DNA of 64,000 nucleotides. Source: Candidatus Omnitrophota bacterium (GTDB lineage: Bacteria > Omnitrophota > Omnitrophia > Omnitrophales > Aquincolibacteriaceae). How positions within the stretch are numbered: the first letter of the stretch is position 1; each line of letters starts with the position of its first letter. Shown here one piece after another: positions 12,001 to 16,889 of the stretch. The stretch is taken from NCBI GenBank assembly GCA_030698625.1, contig JAUYMS010000034.1, positions 2,835 through 66,834 of the forward strand. The letters run 5' to 3'. The notes under the pieces are model-generated. The model saw only the letters and a program-made list of their open reading frames with translations, ran no database searches and had not been told where the DNA came from. Made by a program: the position numbers and the translations under genes.

Positions 12001-13818
12001 CGAGGTTGTTCCCTGGAAGAATACTGAGTCCGTCACAATCTTGGGCGCGATCGTATCCAGGACCACGGTGTAACTCACCGTAGTCGTGTTGCCGGCGGCA
12101 TCCGTGCCCGTCGCCGTCAACGGATTCGCGCCCTCGACTAAGGTGTACGACTTTGTCTTAGCCGCCCCATCCACCGTATAAATCAACATATAATTCGCGT
12201 CATTCGTCAATGCGGCTGAGGTGATTGCAACGACCGGCGCGGTTTGATCGAGTGTCGTCTCGACCACCACAGCCGTGCTTTCGTTTCCGCTGTCGTCTCT
12301 GGCCGCGATCGAAAAGGAGTAGAGCTTTTCTTCCGTGAGGGTTAGGGTGTGTGACCAGGTCGTGGCCGTACTGACGGCTTCGGCCTCGGCTCCGTTAATC
12401 CAAATGCCGGTGCCGGCGGCTTTGGTGCCCGCGAGGGTGACGGTGCCGGCGTTGGTGAATTCAGGAACAACCTCCACCGTAGGAGGAACGACTGCCGGTG
12501 CCGCATTAAGAACGCGCACAGAAAAATTGTCGAACACCCTCCCATAGACATCCGCATAGATGCCGACTTTGCCGGTAAGATACGGGGCGGTATCTTCGAA
12601 TTCCGTTTTCAGGACATCATCAAAATAAACCTTGAAGTGTCCTCCCTCGACACTCGCTGTGATTTTGTGCCAGGCCGCTGAAACCGTACCGACCGAGAAA
12701 GAATGGATGGCGGCCACGCCGTCCGGGACTGATTTTTGGATCGTTCCCCGGCCCCACTCATCCACCGTCACATAATAATATTGGCGTGCGTCCGTGTACC
12801 TAAGGAGCAGCCCTCGTCTTGTCAGGCCGCCGCCGAAGTAACTCGACACCGACGCCTCATAATCGTTACCGGCCAAGGTTGGGTTAAGCGTCACACCCCC
12901 GTCATGCACCGGATAGCTGTTATAACCGTACAGCTCCGTCCCGTTGCGAACGGCATAATTGCCGCGAACCACCGCCCAGTCAGTCCCGAGCGAGGCACGG
13001 TCAAAGTTGTCGGTAAACTCAACCAACTCGCTGGCCCGATAGGATTCTGTAGCAGAAACCTGCCCGCTGTTAATCAGATCCGTTTCCCGAATGAACTCAT
13101 TCAGCAAGGCTCGCGCTTCAACCTGCGAGGGCTCCCGCACGCGATCCTCCCGCACCGCCTGCCTCAACGCACTCAGATAGTCCTCAGGCTCGACTCGGGC
13201 GACCTCGCCGCCTGCACGATAGCCGTAAATGCCGGCGTCGCTAATGACGTATTCCGTAAACTCTAAGGCTGAAGAGCGGTCGAGTGCGCTGGGGCCGGAA
13301 TCGTGGAAATCGTGGGGATGCGTGTGCGAAACAAAGCTTGCCTGATTCAATAAGTTGAGGGGGGGATCACCAACACGGATCTCATCCCGATTACCAGAAC
13401 TAAAGAGAATGATCTCCCCTTTCAAAACGGCGATGCCGACCTCAAAGGACAGATCGGTTAACCGATCGATATCGTCGGCGGTCAGGCGGTCGACAACCAC
13501 AGCGACGGCATAATCGGGGCGCAGTTCCTCGGCGGCCGTTTCAAAATTAATGCGCGCAAGGTCTCCTTCTTCCTCGGCTTCTTCTTGTTCGAGTACTTCC
13601 GAGAGAGGACTGTTGTCTGAGAGAAAATCTGTGGATGTGCGGGGCTCACGCGGCTTTTCAACCTCAAGGGCGGCGCGGGCATCTTCAACTGCCCCGGATA
13701 GCGGCGTTAGCGGGAGGGAACCGACCTCATGAAGCTCGGCAGACATTCCGATCTGCGTCGTCAGAAATGTAATCACCGTAATAACCGCGATAACCTTTAT
13801 TTTTTCTCCGTGTCTCAT
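1..13818 (-). CDS. Giant secreted Rhs/teneurin/Tc-toxin-like mosaic protein (>4605 aa in window; 3' end and stop codon lie beyond the left window edge). Domain order: signal peptide, JAB-like motif, jelly-roll/LamG lectin-like domains, Ig-like repeats, 2x CBM-like, YD-like repeats, FG-GAP propeller, YD-like repeats, coiled coil, C39-like fold, Gly-rich hydrophobic region, C-terminal domain
   Basis: Manual translation of the minus strand from ATG at 13818..13816 (MRHGEKIKVIAVITVITFLTTQIGMSA... hydrophobic signal-like N-terminus). In-frame stop upstream at 13852-13854 bounds the ORF. The ORF track lists no minus-strand ORF >=60 aa in this frame anywhere in 1..13818, consistent with a frame that never reaches a stop inside the window. 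Recognisable motifs: LamG (SLWFKTG...DDVRVFERGLSAEEI), FG-GAP-like DLxDMNGDGLPDRV...YxNNGxGF repeated 6x, many xDGxxxxYxYD YD-like repeats, LEAEN...GGW CBM-like modules. The whole frame was read by eye; an undetected frameshift cannot be excluded. Confidence 0.7.
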   Translation of the reverse strand, partial: MRHGEKIKVIAVITVITFLTTQIGMSAELHEVGSLPLTPLSGAVEDARAALEVEKPREPRTSTDFLSDNSPLSEVLEQEEAEEEGDLARINFETAAEELRPDYAVAVVVDRLTADDIDRLTDLSFEVGIAVLKGEIILFSSGNRDEIRVGDPPLNLLNQASFVSHTHPHDFHDSGPSALDRSSALEFTEYVISDAGIYGYRAGGEVARVEPEDYLSALRQAVREDRVREPSQVEARALLNEFIRETDLINSGQVSATESYRASELVEFTDNFDRASLGTDWAVVRGNYAVRNGTELYGYNSYPVHDGGVTLNPTLAGNDYEASVSSYFGGGLTRRGLLLRYTDARQYYYVTVDEWGRGTIQKSVPDGVAAIHSFSVGTVSAAWHKITASVEGGHFKVYFDDVLKTEFEDTAPYLTGKVGIYADVYGRVFDNFSVRVLNAAPAVVPPTVEVVPEFTNAGTVTLAGTKAAGTGIWINGAEAEAVSTATTWSHTLTLTEEKLYSFSIAARDDSGNESTAVVVETTLDQTAPVVAITSAALTNDANYMLIYTVDGAAKTKSYTLVEGANPLTATGTDAAGNTTTVSYTVVLDTIAPKIVTDSVFFQGTTSLEGQTGYWSFDDVSGGTVTDQSGSGNDGQLMNGPASNPDHPNVILPNSGSLNFDGINDYVSTTTAFTNPSEFSLSLWFKTGSATGGKLIGFGRSQTGTSTSYDRHIYMNNAGQLYFGVYPGTVKTIKTVNSYNDGAWHHVAATLSADGMQLYMDGTLAAENAAVKTAENYPGYWRIGYDNLNGWVDRPSSYYFRGLMDDVRVFERGLSAEEIQSVASGDGLGGPAPVITIDSLTVEYTVDGISKTKAFENLVQGINELRIDEVDAAGNETVLTGSVTVDLVTTIAPPTVEDIPTFTNAGTVTLAGTKAAGTGIWINGAEAVAVSAGTTWSYAVTLTEEKLYSFSITARDDSGNESTAVVVETTFDSTAPAIVFTSAQTSVRAAYTLTYTADGADKAKDFTLTEGSNTLTVTETDAAGNETTASFAVAYEPIEAEVPIVLEAENAASIASPFAVYEDWYASAGSYIGVANGGVFLKSPDINKSVTFNTTVPWDGTYYLWGRTLSPSGDDDSFYVQIDNGPVQLWDTGTHTAWEWAQVKDRSAGLFKPVLSAGEHTIRIYQREDGTFLDSLYLTDDPTYTPSGADVVSAPYPFLLTLEAENMGKTTGGPASGGWNVWSNGEVYATRNIPETSGYEIEVIARGQQGGGVWPLMSLKIDNQTIAGPDPVAVTSWNSYLFDVELVAGNRKFAVAFTNDYCCTNGDRNLYVDKIIVRQKESPDEVFMLADGTELYYKSDVLVREITPAGDEVIYRADGSTAFYRYADGREIHYDDTTGVVRRLAAGGSLVETLTLPEASALNEDEALRLTLEDGIEAFYAAGQLVEMRTETGIRITDFTLNENNEIVDALIRYPDRSLDVIREGALLRRIAADGGIMDFTPAAFVVREILADITEYHSVEKLSQTEIAATRIFTAAGDSVKYDKLGIMREVEDAAGAHFIYNRIAAENGYTLSLDRAVSSAPEAKSMTAADYAADGSVLKTVLEDGSVIEFDDGRVLRALDETGAETAGYSYAEELSFMKGLTVNRDGTDFVYDDSGFLESIVTSGGTVRRLAEDTDGDGMLNDEAVVDLLLETVGGNQLSNFELDEDGNIISGIIETKEGIKQTIENGVMTGFETVDGKIYDFANDQALLREWHFRDGTHVVYGGGAISEILFPDGSRLHTIGFDNGAVATVTEETSDGIVKVYENGTLVRLTTSDGAQIYYGREGMAERIVLPDASEQTVSYLRGEAGGLQEIQFKGEHAFRAYTPAGTLLRVLTDGVHAEMTDGEVSQLYTRFGEVENPGFDAEGILSGTLTFADATQQTIEQGVLTKTVRADGTAVLYAEGRVSGVEIEGRRYDLSYEDAADGSLAGMQLIRTFDGGTSHSLVPYLLDPATAVLGVAPRDDSYSMQGTSTIDTNNFKTGHASMRFNAGGDILSVPEPASWLIGTGDFTVDFWMQSDNFPGESSVGFFQLGSSGGTGMRAAAAAGQSLEVWIDGSVRNFTWAPQVNRWYHIALVRQSGQLKAFVDGAQIGAAVEFARNVSGASGGLSVGGLHGGAYSMQGRMDEFRVSRTARWNTGFTPGVEEYERDGDTQYLLHFLDPSYERPEPLTDPELSEILLARPAHDALADPLAVSSELDGGTTLLVSKLVSDTDRETVYEFAGEYDPEWTGVSLNNPVNSFGYIGRNHTMDVHDNLPAQTADLIDMNGDGLKDHVFIDVTANMGFWWIQYNNGNGFDSPVRWTGVDQDYGNEVCCNAHTMGALRFFEGRHPHVLGDLADMNGDGLPDRVVQKFLGEQTWYVQYNNGSGFDPLEVWAENAQPASQWSFQAAYALEVRDDGKDVQELLSDLVDIDGDGLADRIVRPAVQPFSHWFYQHNTGDGFDSAILWTGVDMTFHNDPEIAGSLSWYERQSTAQGELVADVSDLVDMDGDGRLDRVLVKESFLGDAGAVQEWYVQFNNGKGFEPAVLWDNSVRALPGVGGVAAVGVRAFLGWDEPRNVLIDIMDVTGDGLPDRVSVDANDGGTHDTWWVEVNTGSSFANPVAWSGIEGTGTRETAITQDDRNFRSYNGGGRSPAYVRKVAELTDVNGDAIPDRVLYTEGDTEWRVQLGTGSGFLPASVMAIGGIQAASSSVKSSLYDYLHVSVRAAQPVGAAEGRVKVTLGDPAEPESYQEWTIDAVGMEWADHYLPMDAGKSDADELRITFEPAGENPGIPLYVDNVTFAAPRPPAVKDWLDRMLTQEDLLAEVYSDRNETLAQYLGLSEANGEVDFDWGRLLTAETRIDFDTAGEAEEFETLYGTVSQMEAGRVSRSRLPDGTVIEFDDQTQTVTREDGTAETLDLAYGRVRAMSRAGESPLEYSYEFNDAGEEITVVYDPDTGLAERYLAERLISRTAATGVDTVYEYGEDGALLRSSIVYKGRVRQTFEHSTNDGGNRVITTEQGVREEYGEDGNILSHITPEGFRYAHSFETARDVVTVAVTETVELPDGSTFTVDVPSVSLVDNPAGEEVHRITLTGFTGPEGEEAGYEDGTLTNLRLADGTLISFDAAEADETGASILLDATVFHNDGTVTEFRDGNPYAVTGAAGHMVGLVTENGHLVNPNESAEFHQAEAEKLWQDQILTVWQDFGLPGTLPIESEYALDGELVTRRYAEGVLETYHEGRIDRVLAGNGEQLVVYSYDADGNPIRIEMGGARRRLDSAVLRLRAEIAVEREEALARVAEREQVLSQTLEGQYVVARDRLLAIRDKLEAQHGEIASIEVRGKQGKSTLGNALSQIQVGLDQVNGALEALAAQRAAALEQLAAQVAEASQQILSEAEASFAEIEAENQIARRNILQQEITPVVYHWYRKIMGRDPSQAEYAAVIATADFETGLFDLEALKQSLLTSQELLDRTAEVQTIKNNVETELLTYLLLSDTEKLAYAEALGLLPEQVVDLSAAEANAALDWVRTRSLHFGQSAYLAIEAMLARAGLEFERVELASRLILIDILTGTITPLEKDDLVISMFALRTVAAHYGLETQSFALNYDALKAIYDDTCAPDPDTCDFRLVAHVNGNHYIIVTRVTDDEISYIDPGAGAQQALDQVTMTKEEFVAIWVDPSDPDKGFGYALSQRPPPAEADPASYAALTIEKEMSVRGAFFTLLVIAFIAISQAVMAAVSATIAAIGTVLTGLISGVGSILSGFGSFFGGLFTGNFLAGLQGLFAGVLTGLGQIAGGVIGGIIEFGYGLASALGTLNATLLAPVQGFLNGIPLIGGALSGFVGSAGFNLALIGLELQGAGSLLEAVGVSPKLSRTIIAGGKIAMGIGLLATGNPLGVAASLGFVSGGTSEMLNLHTSLPPLATNLISIGAAGLAAFGGGFSGGGESIAAGLTSLQTALPHLTMDLASAGVTAAGNALGLDWRITALIGIPVMASVGGLMNGLTNGTGAGSVFNSIKDALTSGQTLGGLVSVGAAIGLDALGAPPIATNFISNFLGSIASGLAGGSSGGGGPGDIQAKGQSILSKIGEGLQKFGRGIANVVGNVVSFGQKVVEGVGNVTVQGFKKAVSAFSSIFSRQTQEGIYQDEVGLKGATVTQNGDIWTWQNGSSRIDYNTQTGEATESFGVGGSARITGLGQDEGGGIYYQKLTYETAVGGGAVLNQTFDNGKLTGWSYGIEGTPIITVKGPEDQKPWMTEDGRIFQGDVEINPSPVVIKIPDDFDPQRPTLFDNLFFKFNILDGKVAYASAEVRPGASTTVAAPTDTSKFVFGNGFNNEIVPENTPDKLMPSFVSDLATKDFIINIAKTLLVPMYETTGLVGNILDWAQDFIFKLSSASELLKTAALGITPSVLPILANALGGNDLIEEVKKKLLDFEKAKGILDKGIAFAHSGFFAPLLGALEKTRDDGSYFDVQTVINYEGPNVNWNDHIDNPNLKRIINVWGTAPNEIIETRANQIPGCNTNGSVSCIDPSKKPVVISDFGPPSNPTNLLSEWSKAGFTGSAPGGIENVNILILNARHNDFSYDATAWNDPGNQFEPEMIAQEINRKTNKFMRL
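1640..2700 (-). other. ~330-aa Gly/Ala/Leu-rich hydrophobic region (glycine-zipper-like, predicted membrane-inserting) near C-terminus of gene A
   Basis: Translation ...AVSATIAAIGTVLTGLISGVGSILSGFGSFFGGLFTGNFLAGLQGLFAGVLTGLGQIAGGVIGGIIEFGYGLASALG...GGSSGGGGPG shows continuous small-xxx-small (GxxxG/AxxxG) periodicity across ~1 kb. Confidence 0.55.
2820..3350 (-). other. C39-like papain-fold domain with Ser in the catalytic-Cys position (or divergent RHS-core-like region)
   Basis: LHFGQSAYLAIEAMLARAG (Q...S-AYLA.EAML where C39 peptidases have Q...CGxAALxMxL) ... RLVAHVNGNHYIIVTRVTDDEISYIDPGAG (H-containing HYVVV strand followed by DP). Also contains the ISYIDPG...VDPSDPDKGFG DP-rich stretch. 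Confidence 0.3.
4300..5350 (-). other. YD/RHS-like repeat block 2 of gene A
   Basis: GTVIEFDDQTQTVTRDGTTETLDLAYGRVRAMSRAGESPLEYSYEFNDAGEEITVVYDPDTGLAERYLAERL...VYEYGEDGALLRSSIVYKGRVRQTFEH...YSYDADGNPIRIE. Confidence 0.4.
5770..7000 (-). other. Six FG-GAP/VCBS-like repeats (predicted beta-propeller) in gene A
   Basis: DLIDMNGDGLKDHVF...WWIQYNNGNGFDSPVRW; DLADMNGDGLPDRVV...WYVQYNNGSGFDPLEVW; DLVDIDGDGLADRIV...WFYQHNTGDGFDSAILW; DLVDMDGDGRLDRVL...WYVQFNNGKGFEPAVLW; DIMDVTGDGLPDRVS...WWVEVNTGSSFANPVAW; LTDVNGDAIPDRVL...WRVQLGTGSGFLPASV. This is the Ca-binding DxDxDG plus aromatic-Gly pattern of integrin-alpha/TcB-type propeller blades. Confidence 0.55.
7370..7760 (-). other. LamG/concanavalin-like domain 2 of gene A
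   Basis: GDFTVDFWMQSDNFPGESSVGFFQLG...GQSLEVWIDGSVRNFTWAPQVNRWYHIALVRQSGQLKAFVDGAQIGAAVEF...GRMDEFRVSRTARW. Confidence 0.5.
8000..9880 (-). other. YD/RHS-like repeat block 1 of gene A
   Basis: Repeated ~20-aa units of form xDGxxxxYxYDxxGxLxxV (DGSVIEFDDGRVLRALDETG, DGTDFVYDDSGFLESIVTSGG, DGKIYDFANDQALLREWHFRDGTHVVY, TSDGAQIYYGREGMAERIVLPD, ...). Confidence 0.45.
9880..10690 (-). other. Two tandem CBM6/CBM35-like carbohydrate-binding modules in gene A
   Basis: Both modules open with LEAEN (VLEAENAASIASPFAVYEDWYASAGSYIGVANGG...IDNGPVQLWD and LTLEAENMGKTTGGPASGGWNVWSNGEVYAT...LKIDNQTIAG), the common start of CBM35/CBM6-type modules. Family assignment is tentative. Confidence 0.4.
10905..11165 (-). 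repeat. Intragenic near-identical repeat copy 2 (Ig-like domain coding)
   Basis: See partner 12250..12510; spacing ~1344 bp, an in-frame multiple of 3. Confidence 0.8.
11380..11850 (-). other. LamG/concanavalin A-like lectin domain 1 of gene A
   Basis: SEFSLSLWFKTGSATGGKLIGFGRSQTGTSTSYDRHIYMNNAGQLYFGVYPGTVKTIKTVNSYNDGAWHHVAATLSADGMQLYMDGTLAAENAAVKTAENYPGYWRIGYDNLNGWVDRPSSYYFRGLMDDVRVFERGLSAEEIQSV is a classic laminin-G/pentraxin-like pattern (SLWxK...W.HVA.T......LY.DG........F.G.IDDVR.F.R.LS..EI). Confidence 0.55.
12250..12510 (-). repeat. Intragenic near-identical repeat copy 1 (Ig-like/BIG-type domain coding; partner at 10905..11165)
   Basis: ~260 nt at 12252-12505 is ~90% identical to 10908-11160 (gaccaccacagccgtgctttcgtttccgctgtcgtctctggcc...gatccaaatgccggtgccggcggctttggtgcccgcgagggtgac). 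Both copies encode ...TNAGTVTLAGTKAAGTGIWINGAEA.AVS..TTWS..TLTEEKLYSFSI.ARDDSGNESTAVVVETT.D.TAP. Confidence 0.8.
12530..13100 (-). other. Concanavalin/DUF1080-like jelly-roll domain in gene A
   Basis: Ends with GKVGIYADVYGRVFDNFSVRV, resembling the C-terminal GxIGLQ..V.FRNI strand of DUF1080/GH16-like lectin folds. Confidence 0.3.
13285..13330 (-). other. JAB/MPN-like metal-binding motif (HTHPHDFHDSGPSALD, HxH-x7-S-xx-D pattern) near N-terminus of gene A
   Basis: Translated minus strand: QASFVSHTHPHDFHDSGPSALD. HPH-x7-S-xx-D matches the JAMM HxHx7Sx2D spacing, and an acidic residue lies upstream (GNRDEIRVGDPP). Motif-level only. Confidence 0.3.
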
Positions 13819-13999
13819 CACACGGAAAGGTACCCGCGGTTCGGTGGTTACTCAATGGGAGGAGGTCAAAATAGACGCGCGTGATCTATTATTAGTAGAT
13901 TTCTATCTATTGAATTACTTAGACGCGAGGAGATACACGATTGTGTATCTCTTCATCCAGGAGGGTACTGCACTTTGGATTTAGTGATAAAGCCTGAGG

Positions 14000-14767
14000 T
14001 TATTCTTTGGGTTTAACGCGTCTTTTGCGCCATGCTCCAAGGCCGGCAAGTGCACTTCCGAGAAGCACCATGCTCGAGGGCTCGGGAACATTTGTGCTGC
14101 CGCCCGACGGCGTCGGCGATTGAACCACCTGCCCGACGCTACCGACCGTGAAGTCGTCGAAACCAAAGAAGTCAACGCCTGCAGCGGTGTTACCAAACTG
14201 CACCTCGCTAAAGAGGTTTTGAGTGTCTATCACAGCAAAATAGAGAACTCCCCCGCCTGTTACGTTGGTGGAGTTCGGAACGGTGATGACTTGGGTGGTT
14301 CCGTTCAAAAGGGTGAGCTGTACCTGCCCGCCGAAGTCACCGATATCGGTGGCGAAGAAGCCGAAGGCCGCCACGGGATCGGACAAAAGGATTGAAAATG
14401 AACTGCCGGTCTCAAAATAGTTGTCGCCGGAGATCGGAAACCGGCCGACTCCGTTGGTACCGGATGATACGGTCTGAACAGAACCCGTTCCCTGCAGGGT
14501 CGCCGTCACACCGGCCCCCGGGAAGTTGATTACGAGCGGGGTTCCGGTATTGTCTGCAAATCCCTCGAAATCTTCGGTGCCGGGGCTGATAAGGTTACTC
14601 AAGAATGAAGCCTGTGCCGCATCGGCATTGGGATGACTGGTCTGACGCGTCCCTTCTCCGATACCGGCGTCCTCGCCGAAGAAGGTCTGCGGAACAGCGT
14701 AAGCGCCTGTTGCCAAACTGAGCACCGCGACGAATACCGCTACTGCAACAAACAGGGAGCGCTTCAT
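14000..14767 (-). CDS. PEP-CTERM sorting-domain secreted protein
   Basis: ORF track 14000..14830. Preferred start is ATG at 14767, preceded by AGGAGA with 7-nt spacing. That start gives signal peptide MKRSLFVAVAVFVAVLSLATGAYA. The C-terminus VPEPSSMVLLGSALAGLGAWRKRRVKPKE is a textbook PEP-CTERM anchor (VPEP, TM helix, basic tail). Confidence 0.8.
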   Translation of the reverse strand: MKRSLFVAVAVFVAVLSLATGAYAVPQTFFGEDAGIGEGTRQTSHPNADAAQASFLSNLISPGTEDFEGFADNTGTPLVINFPGAGVTATLQGTGSVQTVSSGTNGVGRFPISGDNYFETGSSFSILLSDPVAAFGFFATDIGDFGGQVQLTLLNGTTQVITVPNSTNVTGGGVLYFAVIDTQNLFSEVQFGNTAAGVDFFGFDDFTVGSVGQVVQSPTPSGGSTNVPEPSSMVLLGSALAGLGAWRKRRVKPKE

Positions 14768-15018
14768 TAGTGAATCTCCTAGTAAATTGAATATTTGTCG
14801 GTTACTAAAATGACGCTTATAACACAGCAACTCCTATGCCAGAAGCACCTACCCCATGAAGTTCAAAAAATTTTGCTTTAACGCATTTAACAGTCGTCTG
14901 TTAGGAGGTTATCCACAGACACACATACCCGATATGTCACAGACACACCGGGACATGCCTTGATATAGCGTCTATGGATGTGAACAATGTGAGGAATTCT
15001 CGATATAGAGACGGAAAA

Positions 15019-16884
15019 TCAAACGTCTAAAAAATGCACGCACATGAGGGTGCGGTCGTCGTGGGCCGTGTCCTGGCCGCGCTGGTAGGTTTTCATCGCG
15101 TCAAAGAGGTGCTTCACCATGTCCTTGGCCGTACTGCCGCTCTTCGCCTTGGCTTCAACCGCTTTGCTGAGCCGCTCAATACCCATCTCCGCGCCCTTGG
15201 GATCACGCAGTTCTTTAACACCGTCACTGCACAGCACAAAGCAGTCGCCCTTCTTGACAGGGATTTCGCAGGATTCGTATTGGGTCCCGTCAAACATGCC
15301 GAGCGGCATGCCGCCGACCTTGGTCACAACCTCAGTCTTGCCCTCACTCTGATGAAAGAGAATCATAGGTTCGTGCCCGGCTGAGGCGTATTTCAGTGTC
15401 ATGCCTTTGACATCAACAATGACATAGGCCAGCGTAAGGAACATTCCGGATACCTCGGCAGTTGCCAAGATATGATTGAGTTCCGCACACACATCGCCAG
15501 GTTCGCGGTCGCGCTTACTGATGCTGCGAAAATCGCTAATGGATTTTGCCATGTAGAGCGCAGCCGGCATTCCCTTGCCCGAGACATCCCCCACACAGAA
15601 TCCGTACTTGCCTTCACCAAGGTCCGCCCAATCATAGAGATCTCCCCCAACGCCCTTAATGAAACGGATCTCATATGCGACATCAATCTGTACGGGGTTC
15701 GGCGCCACGCGCGGCAGGAAGTTTTCCTGAATGCGCACAGCGGCAGAAAGCTCCTGCTGCATGCGTTCCCGCACAAAGAGCTCGGCAAGGTATTTCATGA
15801 AAAGCATGACGGCATATATCAACAGGATCACAGCCGCGGGCATGAAAAGCGGCAGGATGAAATCCGCAAAGATAAACACCGCAAGATTGATAACCCAGTA
15901 GCCGGCGATGAGACCGAGCGAGGCAAGAAGGCCGTGCACGGGCTTAAACTTAGTCATCCACCAGGAAACGGCCAGAGCAAATATGAGAAGCATCAGAAGA
16001 TGAGCGTATTCGGGCAGCTTTCTGAGCGGGCGGTTTTCAAGCAGCGTGTGCATCGCCGTTGCCTGCACCACAAGACCGACTTCCTGCGTAGAAAACGGGG
16101 TCGGCTTCAGATCCGTTGTGCCGGTCGCCGTATGCCCCACCATCACGACGCGGCCTTTAAAGAGCGCCTTCAGTTCGGCACCTTTATTCATACCGGCCAT
16201 CTTGATGACTTCCGCAACGGAAATTCTCTTATAAGCCTTTTCAGTGCCCGGATAATTGAGCCAAATTTGATTTTTAGAGTCGAGCGGCAATGCGGCCAAC
16301 CACTCATCGGCACCCTCCCCGCGCATCAGACCCGAGATATGAACCGAAGGCTGGAAAAACCTGCCCTGAGGCGTGTCGATATAGGCCTTGATGCGGCGCA
16401 CGCGGCCGTCGTAATCGGCAGAGACATTCACAAAGCCTGTGCCTCGTGACGCTTTCTGAAACGACTCAAGAGGAAACGAACCATGAAACGGCTCTTCTGA
16501 GGTATAAAAAAACGGCAGCACCACATTACCCGCGCGCTCCAGAGCCGCTTGCAGTTTAAGGTCCTCCGCAGGGTCGGGGCTTGCTTCGGTAAAGAGGATA
16601 TCGAAAAAGATGTAGTTGGGCTCGGTGCGGGTCAATATATCCAGGAGTACCCCGTAAACGCCTCTCGGCCAAGGCCATTCACCGAAAGCAGCGAGACTGG
16701 GGTCGTCTATCGTGACAAGGACGATGTCGGAGTGGGCACTTTTTTCGCCGCGGAGCTTGAACCTTAAATCAATCGCTTCAAGTTCATGGAAATCAATAAC
16801 GCGAAAGAGGTGACAGACAAATAAGAGGAGCACCACCGCCGGAATAACATAGCCCGGCCGAAACCAGGTTTTGGGTGAAGCCAC
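15019..16884 (-). CDS. CHASE2 extracytoplasmic sensor fused to PP2C-family (SpoIIE/RsbU-like) serine/threonine phosphatase
   Basis: 621-aa ORF. N-terminal TM then periplasmic CHASE2-like region, three TM helices (LLMLLIFALAVSWW...ILLIYAVMLFM), then a PP2C core: GVGGDLYDW...CVGDVSGKGMPAALYM...VLCSDGVKE...HDDRTLMCV. Confidence 0.85.
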   Translation of the reverse strand: MASPKTWFRPGYVIPAVVLLLFVCHLFRVIDFHELEAIDLRFKLRGEKSAHSDIVLVTIDDPSLAAFGEWPWPRGVYGVLLDILTRTEPNYIFFDILFTEASPDPAEDLKLQAALERAGNVVLPFFYTSEEPFHGSFPLESFQKASRGTGFVNVSADYDGRVRRIKAYIDTPQGRFFQPSVHISGLMRGEGADEWLAALPLDSKNQIWLNYPGTEKAYKRISVAEVIKMAGMNKGAELKALFKGRVVMVGHTATGTTDLKPTPFSTQEVGLVVQATAMHTLLENRPLRKLPEYAHLLMLLIFALAVSWWMTKFKPVHGLLASLGLIAGYWVINLAVFIFADFILPLFMPAAVILLIYAVMLFMKYLAELFVRERMQQELSAAVRIQENFLPRVAPNPVQIDVAYEIRFIKGVGGDLYDWADLGEGKYGFCVGDVSGKGMPAALYMAKSISDFRSISKRDREPGDVCAELNHILATAEVSGMFLTLAYVIVDVKGMTLKYASAGHEPMILFHQSEGKTEVVTKVGGMPLGMFDGTQYESCEIPVKKGDCFVLCSDGVKELRDPKGAEMGIERLSKAVEAKAKSGSTAKDMVKHLFDAMKTYQRGQDTAHDDRTLMCVHFLDV

Positions 16885-16889
16885 GCCGG

